Translations under genes and position numbers: made by a program | Shown: positions 50,223 to 64,000 of the stretch, piece after piece | Layout of the letters: every line of letters begins with the position of its first letter | How positions within the stretch are numbered: position 1 is the stretch's first letter | The notes under the pieces: model-generated | Told to the model about the DNA's origin: nothing | Database searches by the model: none | The model's input: only the letters and a program-made list of their open reading frames with translations | Assembly (NCBI RefSeq): GCF_009914755.1 | Contig: NC_060939.1 | DNA: 64,000 bases | Reading direction: 5' to 3' (one strand) | Source of the DNA: the human T2T-CHM13v2.0 reference genome, Homo sapiens

Positions 50223-52799
50223 TGAGTACCCAAAGAAAAAAAAGTTTGCTATGCCGTGGCATATTAATAACTCAGTGGCAAGTAAATTGAGCTGTTATAA
50301 CTGGAATGTTATTAAACAGAATATTTAATATTCATAAGTATAAAATAAAATATATTGTTACATATAAAAGATATTGTTTTATACATAAGGATATAACAAT
50401 GATGGAATTTGCTCTGCAAGTATACATCTAGTCATACTATATAAACTCAGTGATTCTAAGTCCCACCAGACTTTTTTCTCTAAATCTACCAAATATTATG
50501 CGTTCTAATGTGCAAAGAAAGTTATAAAGAACAGCTTCCAACTTAACCGCAGAGCCTTTGACCTCGGTACCTCAATATGAAGATTCAGGGTCTTCATTAA
50601 TTGTAATTATTTAGAACCAAATGTGTTTCTATATTTTAAGTCTTTGTGTAAATACACTTCTTATATTCTAAACAGAAAAAGTTACTATCCCACATACCAT
50701 TCCTGTTATTTCTTCATTACTTCACAGATTAGAACTTTAAATAAACATGATGCTTAAAATTCTTAGTAAAGACAAATTGACTTCTTGAGTTATTAGAAAA
50801 AGTGACATATTTTGTGATTAAATGTGTGTTTGTAGTTCTGAGACACTGCAAAAAATTAACGTTTCTTTTTGATAGTAGCTTTTATTTTTCTTACAGTGAC
50901 CAAACCATGTTCCATCCTCCCTCACTTACTTGCAGATAAGGCAGAATGACTTGAGGCATTAAAGATGTGATTATATCCTATATATTGAGTTGGTTCCCAA
51001 CTCTTCTTGTCTCTGTGTGAGGTCTAAGATACTCAGGTCCATGGTATAAGAAAATGTGATTGATTTCCAAAGAAAATGGTTGGACCAAAAAGAGATGCAT
51101 TTTTGAGATGCTATTTTGTTGAGCCATTTTTAGAAATAGGCAAACATTCAGAAAATTACTATAAGCACATTATGGTTTTTTGCAGAATAAATTTGATCTA
51201 AACCTTTTGACATTTTGTGCTGTAATGTTTAACAGCATTGAGTGAAAGCTAATGGAAACTTTCTAACAAGTCCAAGTATTGCCATTTCTCACAATAAGAG
51301 CACATTCTCTGTCAAAATTTTTAAAGATTTTTAAATTTTTTCTACTAGATTTGGATTAAATACTAAAAGCAAACATTTTGCTTACAGGCACTCATGGTAA
51401 TTTTTGGCATCATGTCAACCAAACAAACCCCAATATAAGACAATTTTTCATATTCGATGTGGACTTTAAGAGTTCCTTTGCAGATGTTATTTCAAATGTG
51501 ATTATCTCACCTCCTTTTTTTATTGTTACAAAATAAAGACTTTTTTTCCTGTAGGTTGCCTGTCACTTTTGAAATGGAAAACATGATGAATTATGGCACA
51601 TTTGCCTTGCTATGCTTTATCAAGCTCATTAGAGATGATGCATGATCTGAACTTTACGGAAGGAAAAAAAAATACATGGACACCCTCTTTCTTATCTTCT
51701 CTGTTTACCTCTAAAATCGTTCTGGTTTACTTGTTGCAGAAACTGACCACCTATTAAGGAAAAAAATGGTCTTGTCTGTAAAACACATGGCTTTCCTGTA
51801 GAACAGCCCTAAACTTGAGCTGTAAATTCTCAAAGAGTGATATCACCTCCAAACATTTAGCTCAGAATGCTTCATTTTATTTTTCCATTGTCATGCTGTG
51901 CAAACAAACAACTTTATGTGTATGTTTAGATATAATGGGAAAGGTTGTTTTTAATTCAATTTTCCAATGAGATAGCCCTATAATGGATGTTTTCAGAAAG
52001 AAAACTACAGTCTTACAAAACCAACTTTCATCTATGAATTTAAACAAATTTTATTCTGCTTCAGAATCATAATGGTTTACTGAATATTCCTTTTTAAAGA
52101 AAATGTAAAGACTGAGTTTTAAACTGACTTATGCCAAATAAGTCTTAAACAAGTCTTTAAAATCCAAAATTTATTACAGAGATAAAAACCCTATCTTCTT
52201 ACCTCTCTCTAGAGTACTTTGAAAAATTTGATTTGCACTAAAACCTAAACAGATTCACCATGATGAAGGTCATCAGATAAAAAATGTTTCTCCAAGTTTA
52301 ATTCAATACTTATCAGCTAGAACAATTCCTTCCTAATCCTTCAGATGTTAAGTGCTATCAAGAAGTAAAATGCAAATGAATATTATTTTAAAATGTTAAT
52401 ACAGAGTTGGAGAAGGCATTTGTCCTCGAAATAAGAAACACGACGACTGAAATAGCAAATATACATATTACCTGAATTTCTTTTTTGTTAATAAATGTTT
52501 CATTTCTGGCACTTATGATTGATGAGTTTCCTTGGAAATAGAACACTGAGGCACTTCCGTTAAAAAGACATCAAATTCCAAAACCATGGGGAATTGTGCT
52601 ACAATTCCTTAACCTCTTGCCTGAGAGAGTCTTCCTGCTGGCCCACGGGTTAATCTCTACTTGTAAAAGTGTTTACAAAAATGGCATATATGTGTTTGCT
52701 TCTGTGATTGATCAGTTCAAACACATGAAATTAATATTTTACATGTAAGTGGTGTTTGCCGTTTTACACTGGGTATCACCGGCATCATCTTATTCTCTT

Positions 52800-53700
<901 letters not shown>

Positions 53701-54849
53701 TCAAGTGCAATAAAGCCCATTAAACAACTGTAGAAACTAAGATGCCAAGATTCAGTTCCTTGCCAAAGGAGAGACGTGCAGGAGAGTGGTTGATACATCC
53801 ACATGCCCATATGCTTGGGGTGCATTCATATGTGTGTGCAGAATTCTATTCTATTTCTATCATGGGTCTCTGTCCGCCACAGCACGCATTCAAAATCAAT
53901 GCCACACTTTGCATTTCATTCTAATTCCAAGCTGAAAGATGTTAGTTAGGTAGGTTGTGAACCAAAAAACTTAAGAAAATAGTAATTTAACAATGTTTTT
54001 CTCTTCAATGTGTGTCTATTGGTTGTCTAAGGAATTCTCTGGATAAGTTATGTTTGCATACTTTAATAAGCATTTTGGCTCAAGGACTAGAATAACATTT
54101 AAATAGTAGCAACACTATCCATTCTAAAAAGCAGGCTAAATAGACTATTAGAACCACATTATACTCCCCACATAAAATAACTTATTATATACCAAACCTT
54201 AACTACAAGTACCTATTCTAGCATTGAAGTAGTATAAACAGGAGATCTGAGAAAAATACGGCTTATGATAGTCTGCTCAGTTATGACAAGTGAGCAAACA
54301 CCACTTGAAGGAAGAAAGTCAGCCATGGTTTATAGGAAAATAGAAGAAGGCTTCTCTCTGCTGCTCTCGCTTTGGTTCTTCCCATTCTCTGACCCATATG
54401 CTGGGTAAGAGGCTAGATCTACTCATTGTTTCCCCAGGACTTGGTGTACAAAGTGTTTCTCCACCTCTAGAAACAAGAAGGAAACATTTGGGCCTGGCAT
54501 TTGTTCTTGCAGAGAAGGAAGAATGAAGAAGTTACAGCAGGAACATCTCATTTTTGCGAGGTGGAATGAGTGAGATCAACAGAGCATGATGATGCTTGGA
54601 GTGGTTCTAGAACAGCTGTCAATGTCTACCTTGTATTACAAACTTCATCAAAAGTGCTTTGGCAAAATTAATTGGCTAAAGATTCAGCAGTATACGGAAG
54701 CCAGAACATCTACAGCTACGTTTGCAGGACGACTGGTTTGAGTATACCACACTGAAGCTGGATTACTCCAGGAAGTGTGTTAAGCACGGCACAGAGTAAA
54801 AGAGAAAGGTCCACCACCAGGTTGGCCCTGTGGGCTTCCTGGGTTTTAA

Positions 54850-54960
54850 GGTGGCATTGTTTAGTAGGCAGTTGGATAAAAGAACTCAAAGCTCAAGGGA
54901 AAAGACGCTAGACAAATAAACAGATTTCAAAGCAGCAAAAGGGTATAAGAGGAGGAGACC
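54850..54960 (-). mobile_element. L2 fragment
   Basis: 'agtaggcagttggata...agctcaagggaaa'. Confidence 0.45.
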
Positions 54961-57900
54961 CGAGCGCCAAAGGCCAGGCCTCGGAAATAGTAACTCCTCT
55001 CACACTGATTGCCTCCTTCTCTGTTTTGCTTTTGCATCAAACTGTGCATCATCTCATCTGATTCTAACTCCTCCTTACACAACCCTTATCTTGCCCGTTA
55101 AACTATTAGATCCTTGAGGTCAGGAGAGTATAACATAATGTTCTGATATCCTATTGTTCACCCAAAATAGAAGCCAGGAATTGAGGGAACTATCTAAATT
55201 CTACCACCAAATCTCAACCCAATCGAACACTACTAATTTAAACATTTCATTACACACAGAGATTAATCTGTTTTGGTTTCTTGGCTGAACTGCCCAAATC
55301 ATTGTTTACTTCTTAAAGTGGGTGGGGTCAGTCATTCTTCGTGGAGTTGGGTAGGGCAATGAGAGAGTAGAGGCGACATTGAGAATTTCACTCGGGTGCT
55401 TCAGAATTCAGGTTCCCAAATACAAGGAACCAGTTGGGTGAAACTGTATTTTCCAAGACACAATGAATCATACACATGTGAAAAAACCCTTTGGAAGGGA
55501 GGACCCCCACATGCGCGTCTTTCCTCCATCACCTTGTAGAACGTACACAACCTTCTGCGTTTGATGCCAAAATGCACTTTTAGTCATGCTTACAGTTCCA
55601 AAAAAAAAAATTGTATTTACTGGGCCAGTTTCAAGTTCTGGTTATATGTGTTCCTTTACTCATTCTCTTTCTGTTAAAATCTAAGGAATTGTCTTAATAT
55701 GTATGTCCAAGATGAGATCAAAATCTTTGCAAAGCTAACGAAGTTTACTTTAAGGCAGAACAAGAGAAATTGATGAGAATGTCTAACATGTGACGTTTAA
55801 GATAGTTGATAATTTGGAGGGACTTAGAAGACTTTACAGGTATATGATTAAAGAATACATTTCATTTAACCATAGTCAATTGCATTTCATAGACATTGTA
55901 GTTTACTTGATAATGCAACCTAATTTTTTAAGATATTATTCTTCAATTCACTTGAAAAAATTTTGCATCTGATATAAATACATAGATTTCTCTGATTAAA
56001 TCAAATATGATGAGACAGTTAAATTCTGTGCCAAAAATATCATAGGGTATTATACCTTTGCTATTTAGAAAAAAATAAATGTTTCCAATTTGAAAAAAGA
56101 ACTTGCTGTAAATTCTTGAAATTTGAAAGTGGCTTTCACGTCTGGACTCTCAGTGGGGCACTTGGTGTGCTTCCCTGAATTCTGCCTACGTTGGTGAATT
56201 GGTACAACCATTCCTTTAACAAATCTGCTTTGAAACACAGAAGAAGCCTGCTGTTTAAAACCTGGTGAAAGGTGATTGCAAGCCTTAAAATAAAAAAGCC
56301 TAGTTTCATTTTTTTTTTTTAAGACAAGACCCTTCTCAGTTTGACTGAAATACAGTAAGCAGGACAGAGAGACTATCTCTTGTAATTGTCAGCAGATTGG
56401 CAATCTGACATAGAATTCTGGCAAACCTGTACTTAATTGCTAAAATATGACTTCCTAGCAGCTACAAGTATGTTCTGGCAATGTCAAGTTATCCCCAACC
56501 ACATGACTTGACTTCTGCTTTAGAATTAAAATTGAAGATTTATCCCAGGTTGAAGCTGCTCCTTGCACATTCTGCAAGAACTCTATAGACTGTAGACAGG
56601 AAAACGGGATATCGTTAAAGTATTGCAGTGCCCCAGGGGTCAATGTCAGATACAATCTAATTTAACATCTTTATTAAGGATCTCAAAGAGAGAGTAAGCC
56701 ACATATTAATGAAATGTGCAAATGATATTAAACTGGGAGCTGGTGTAACCACCAGTAAGGACAAAGAAATAATAGAAACGCACCAAAAGAGGTTAAAACT
56801 ATGAGCAGAAAATTATTATATGAAAATCACCTTCTTGGGATTGATGGTTTTGGAGATGAGCGCTGGGAGTCAGAAATCTCAAAGTTTGGGGGCTGCATCC
56901 AATTGGGAACCAAAAGGAAAGAAAAGAGGGCAACCCTTAGCCAGCATCTAATTTAGACACCAACGCAAACACTTTACATTACATTATGTAAGTTTATACA
57001 ATCTTTAAAATCAGAAAGATCATCAACTGTAAAAATTTAGGCACAGGACAACTCAAATGTAGTAGCTTAACTAGCCACAACACAGATAGCTATTAAAAAT
57101 GACTAGTACTGAACAATATTGACATGCAGAATATATGAACTAGCATGCAGTAAAACAAAAGGCAGAGCATAAGGTGTGTGCATGCTGATACCACTTCAAA
57201 TACATGGATGCTCATTAGACAAGATCCAGAGGGATCCACCCAGAAGCCAAAGTTTTCAAATATACATTAATTTGGAAAAAGAGAAAAATGTGTCTTTAAA
57301 AAAAATAAAAAGAAAAAACAGTGAAGCTCTGATTCCTTAGCTTTTTCTATTTCCCCATGTCTCCCTATTCCTCACACCCCCCAGAAAAGTTGAAACAACG
57401 CTAAAATGACTCTTCCAAACCTATAACTAAAATAAAATGCCCTTAAGGCAACATCTGACAACCTTCTGGGATTCAGGTAGGAGTCCCCTGACTGCCTATA
57501 ACTTCTTGAAACCATTCCATCTTCTTTTACCTCCTCCACTTCTACTCCTATGCCAATACCCTTGGCCATCCCTTAGATACTCAGGCATATTGACCAGAAA
57601 CTTTAAACAAGAAAACGCCTTGCATTTTAGAGCTCCTGCCTTTTACCCTGTGAGTTCTTCAAAGGACTGGTCTTCGTTGAACTACACACTATGACATACA
57701 CAAAGCACGGGGCTAGAATGGCAGACCTGGTGTGCAAGCATAGCATCCCTGGAATCTTTGATTTCACCCCTCTATATTTAGTGCCTACTTAATAAAAAGT
57801 GGCTTTCACTTGTTTTCTAATTCCTGCCATGACCCCTTACCTCCTTTCAGGATCCAGGAAAATAAGTAAAGAATGAAAATTCCCTAAAGTCTCAGATAGA

Positions 57901-58025
57901 CCAAGAAGGAACCTGTTGACCTACCAAGGAACCCACCACAGTAGCCTCTAGTTGCAAATAATCTATTCTTCCCTAATTTAAAGTATTATCAGAATAAAGA
58001 ATGAAGTCAGTGGAAGAAAACCGTC

Positions 58026-58326
<301 letters not shown>

Positions 58327-58756
58327 AACAGCAGCTCCTTTTAAACAGCAAGACTTTAGTAGCAGACGATCGAAAATGCAGATACAAGTAGATCCAATGA
58401 ATCTACGATATTGATGTTCTAAAGTAGTAGAAAAATCAGCTTTATTCATGCTTTACACAAAGAACCTCAAACCAACACCACACAACAGTAGGGTTAATGC
58501 TCTCTGTGTCAGAATGATTCGAATATATCAGTGGGTGACCAGAAAGTCATGGCACACAAAGGGCACAAAGGAAAGATTATAGACCCCAAGTAAGGATAGC
58601 AACTAATAGGGGTGAACATGCTGGAAACCTACAAAGGATGCTTTTGCCAATGAGGAAGAAGTATTTTAAGTATACTAGAAGGAATTACTAGAAATATGCG
58701 AATAAAATTCAAGAAGACAAGTGGGCTAAAGCTAAAGAATTTTCTTATAGTATAGC

Positions 58757-59032
<276 letters not shown>

Positions 59033-59800
59033 CTAGTATAGCTTTTTTATGGACTGAAGATGCCTAAGTACATACTGAAAAACAGCTCTGTTAATGATCC
59101 CTAAGAAACTGGGTTAGAATACACTTCACAGGAAGTCTAGCATTCCCTTTCGTTGGTTACCTGAGTTCATTTACAAGGTAGGATTTCCATGTAATCTCCC
59201 CACCATGTCAGGCCCAGTGAACTTCACTCTACCCCAAGCAAAACTCTTTCCAAAGTTAGGAAAATGTTTCCAAAAGTTATTTTGTTTTCTTAGATACTTT
59301 AGCTTTTCTTAAGGTATAATTAGAAAACACATCAGAAGTCCAACTATAGAAATTATTGTGAAATATTTTCTCCTGTGATAAAATAGAATTTTTTCTCCCT
59401 AGAGGAAAGTCAGTTCAGCTTACCTGTCTATGTCTTCTTCCAAATGTATATGAAGTAAAAATTGCTAATGCCACAATATGTGGGAAAATGTTTAATGCCT
59501 GCTCCATGTCAGCCCTTCTTCTAGGTGATGGGAATGCAGAAAAAAATATCAGTCCTATTTCCTACCCCTTCTCACCATTAAAAAGCTTGCTATTAGGTGA
59601 GAGATACTAACCAATAAACAGTTTCATATTGTAGGCTATATTTAAGCAATAGGATTAATAATACCAGTACATCTTCCAGGAACGCCATCAAGAATAAATT
59701 ACTTGATTTTCAAATATTAAAATACAAGTTTTGTAAATGGAAATATGTGATGTTTTTCAAAGAACAAAATAGTAACTTTCAAAGAGCAGCAGAAAAGACT

Positions 59801-60484
<684 letters not shown>

Positions 60485-61379
60485 CTCAGCAAACTCAATG
60501 ACAAAGATAATGTACTCTGTATAAAGCAACTGTGGCTAAAAAAAAAAAACGGCTAAATGAGTTCATTGCCAGGTAATCAAGATGCATTTACTGTATGTCC
60601 ACAAGGTGCAGAATAGCTTAACCAGCCATGTGTCAGGATTTATTTCATAGAATATTGTGACTTTTCCCAGCTCATTATTATCCATGAATAATGAAGACAA
60701 AGAGATCTGGTACTGAGTAGCCGTCATTCTGAGGACCAAGTGCACCTACCTCTTCAACAGGTGGCCTGTGGGCTTGCAGCCATCCATACCTGAAAAACAT
60801 TTTGAGAACCTCTAATGTAGGCAAAGTGATTTGAATATTTTCTCTGTCAGACATTTAACAGAGATTTTGACAAGAAAAAAAATACAAGTGATCAAGAAAT
60901 CATTCTTAAAATGGACTCCATAGTTACAATCATGGGTAAGAAATAAAAATAAATATGTCTAATCACAGACTAGTTTATCACGTGAAATAAAAATGAATAC
61001 TTTTGCATTGAAGATCATTCTCACGTATCTAATGTGGAGAGATACTTAACAAATAATATAACAAAGGCTTACTTTCTATTATAATAAGTAATTGATGTAG
61101 ACTCAACCATTTTGCCTGATGGATTTCAGGGCAGAAGAATGACAATTGCTCACTGTACCATCACTGAAAAGCTGAATTATAGATTTTTTTTTTAATTTGT
61201 ATGCTTCTTGAATTGAGAAAATGGACTATCCATGAAAGACCATTGTTGTCACTGTTTTCACGAAGTGCCACATGCAGAATTTCAAAACAACACTGGAGCT
61301 CCAGCTCGTAAAACTGTTGAGAAGAATCACTCAGTGACTGGTCTGGACTTTGAGTCAGAGACCTGTCTTCCTGGTTTCT

Positions 61380-61946
61380 GGTCTCACGTCTCTTCCACAT
61401 CCAAACCTGCTACTATTCGGCTACCAGAGCTAATGGTTTAAATATAATGCTGACCTCATTCCTTCTACTTGAACAAGCTCCAATGCTTCTCAATCGCCTT
61501 GTGCATAAAGTTCAAATTTCTTAGCCTACTCCCCCATCTAAAAAACCCTTTGCTCCCACTATGCCAAGTGGATCTCACTCCCTACATTTATCACGGTCCT
61601 TCCTTCTCTAATCGGAGGCAAGTTTCTTCAACTTCTTTTTCTCTATTTGTGAACTCATTGCTCAAGAGAAAGTTCACTCATATGATATCTCTTTAGTAAA
61701 ACTAAGATTTCTTGTTTCTTTATGCCTACTTTAGATGCATGTTTGTTTCTATCAACCCATTGTATTATATGATTGCTATATTTTATTATAATGATTTATG
61801 CACATGTTCAACCAGACTAAATCTCTTCAAAGAGAGTGTATTTCATTTAACTTTGTATCACATCCTCTTTTATCCAATAGCTCAAGTGTCAGACATATAA
61901 TCATGGGTAAATATTGGTGGATGAGGGAACAAACAAATGAATGAAT
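61380..61946 (+). mobile_element. L2 3' fragment
   Basis: 'ctccaatgcttctc...ataaagttcaaatttcttagcct'; ends 'aaatgaatgaat'. Confidence 0.7.
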
Positions 61947-61949
61947 CAG

Positions 61950-62163
61950 ATCTGAATTCAACTGATGATTTTATCAGTGACCTACTGTGTAACCTTGGCC
62001 AGGTCAGTTTGCCTCTCTGTGCCCCAGATTGCTGATATGAGAATGGGGGGGATATAATTACTACCTGCCATAGAGGGATGCTGCGAGGATTAATGAAATA
62101 ATTTTATAAAGCAGTTTGAGCTCCCTAGAAGAAAGGCACTATGTAAGAACAAAGTGTTATTGT
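61950..62163 (+). mobile_element. Ancient MIR-family SINE with amniote-type L2-like tail
   Basis: 'tgtgtaaccttggccaggtca...ctctgtgccccag', 'gaggattaatga', tail 'aaagcagtttgag...gaaaggcactat'. Confidence 0.7.
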
Positions 62164-62164
62164 A

Positions 62165-62370
62165 ATTATTATGTAGCACCTTTCATCTGAGAATCTCAAA
62201 GCACTTCACCAAACATTGACTCATTAATCTTCCCAACTCTCCTGCAAGAGAATTAAATTACCTCCATTTTAAGAATGGGAGAAATGCAGACAGCAAAAGG
62301 TTAAATGCCCAGCCCATGATACCATCCCCGTTGAATGCCAAAGCCAAGAGCGAGCTGCAGGACTCCGGCT
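62165..62370 (-). mobile_element. Ancient MIR-family SINE, tail-to-tail with the previous copy
   Basis: 'tagcacctttcatctgagaatctcaaagcactt', 'tcattaatctt', 'ccattttaagaatgggagaa', 'ggttaaatg'. Confidence 0.7.
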
Positions 62371-63134
62371 CAAAGGAGACTCCTAGTTCAAAGGAGACAG
62401 CTCTTTGAAACTTGAGGCACTGTAACTTCCACCTTTTCCCTATACAGAGAAAATCATTGAGCAGCCTTGGTGGATGGCAACGATCCAGTTGGAATGATGG
62501 CCCATGGTAATACCTTCCACAGAAGAAGGGGTGGGATGGGGCAGCAAGGTGATGACCACAATCCTTCCCTCAACTGTAGCAGTGGGAAGAAAATGTAAGC
62601 AATGCCTGCAATCAATCGCTTACCCTCCTCCGATGGCTGTGGCTCAAGTCCTTTCATCGGCCCTCTTTTAACTTGACACCTTTCTAGGATATCTCTGTCT
62701 CTCAGCCAGAAAATGTCTCATCACCTTTCAATACAAAGGTAGCAGTTTAGCAACCAAAGAAATAATCCTAAAATACTGCATTCAAAGAAGCTTTCCCCTC
62801 ATAATACTGTTTTTCCTGCTGAATCCCATGAACGTTAGCTGAGACAGGTGGTACTAATCCACCTTCTAAGAGGAAAAGGAAGAATGTTAGCTATTCTCCA
62901 TATACTGGGGGTAGGGGGGAGGCGTATTTTGGATTAAGATGTGTTACATCAGGAACTTCTAGCAAAGTGGAGCCATTACTAGTCATAGCTAACCAGAGAA
63001 GCAACATTTGTGCTTTTCTTACAGATGTTAAGTTCATACTTCCTGGAGGTTGTGGTCAAGATTACTGGCCCAATCATGTGTGTGAATCTGTTACAAATAT
63101 ACATAGCATGTGTGCCTCCAGGACCCGGAAGTAA

Positions 63135-63522
<388 letters not shown>

Positions 63523-63804
63523 ACAGCACGCATTTCTAAGGGAAACATTAATTTCATCTTGATTTTAAATCTGGAAGAGCAGAGTTCGTTAATTATGATA
63601 AGCTTCATGCTGACAGAAGGGAGTCCCTCGACTCCCTTCTGTACTTGTGACCAGTTTCTCCACTCTGTTTATTAACAAGCCCACCTCCCTGAAGTTAGTT
63701 ACTCACAAACTGTGTCACTGTAAAGATCTTAGGCTCCTGGTCTACTCTTCCTGGCCACTGTCTTTCTTACCTTTCTTACTTCCTCATACCTCCTTGAAAG
63801 CCAC

Positions 63805-64000
63805 CCATAGTTATGGAAAGAGAATGGGCTTTGGAACCAAACCAATCTGACAGTTAATCCTAGCACCCACCACTTCCTGTTCTGTGACTTTGCGCAAGCT
63901 CCTGAACTTCTCTGAGCCTTCTTTTGTAGCCTACAAAATAAGAACTACAATTCTACTTTGCAGGCATTTGAGACATTGAGCACACACAGAGTTCTCAACA
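63805..64000 (+). mobile_element. MIR SINE
   Basis: 'ggaaagagaatgggctttgga...tgtgactttgcgcaag...aacttctctgagcct'. Confidence 0.75.

Noticed and set aside
50881-51560. Strong-looking + strand acceptors at about 50896 and 51554 (also 29649 and 63024)
   Set aside because: No good paired donor or open frame; isolated acceptors are common in AT-rich introns.

Overview
Primate genomic DNA, almost certainly human or great ape, because it carries AluY, AluS, AluJ, THE1, MST and L1PA elements. It is AT-rich and essentially non-coding: either a large intron or a gene desert. No protein-coding gene, tRNA, rRNA or CRISPR array can be supported, and the ORF track consists of Alu-, LTR- or microsatellite-derived and chance ORFs. 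I could not identify the locus. The window holds 19 Alus (most with readable target-site duplications, TSDs), about 8 solo LTRs, L1/L2/MIR fragments and two DNA transposons (MER20, MER47). These are separated by multi-kb repeat-poor tracts containing transcription-factor motif clusters typical of developmental enhancers, plus one small orphan CpG island at about 11.5-12.1 kb. Most interesting candidates: (1) a frame-preserving 21-nt microexon (6200-6220, +) with an upstream UGC and clustered UGCAUG (RBFOX) motifs; (2) two ancient MIR-family SINEs tail-to-tail forming a pre-miRNA-sized 38-bp stem (62109-62206); (3) the orphan CpG island with a CTCF-like site; (4) an AT-only duplicated hairpin array (25541-25660) and several perfect short palindromes. 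All regulatory and splicing calls are sequence-only inferences. Repeat subfamily names come from remembered consensus motifs, and boundaries of old repeats are approximate.
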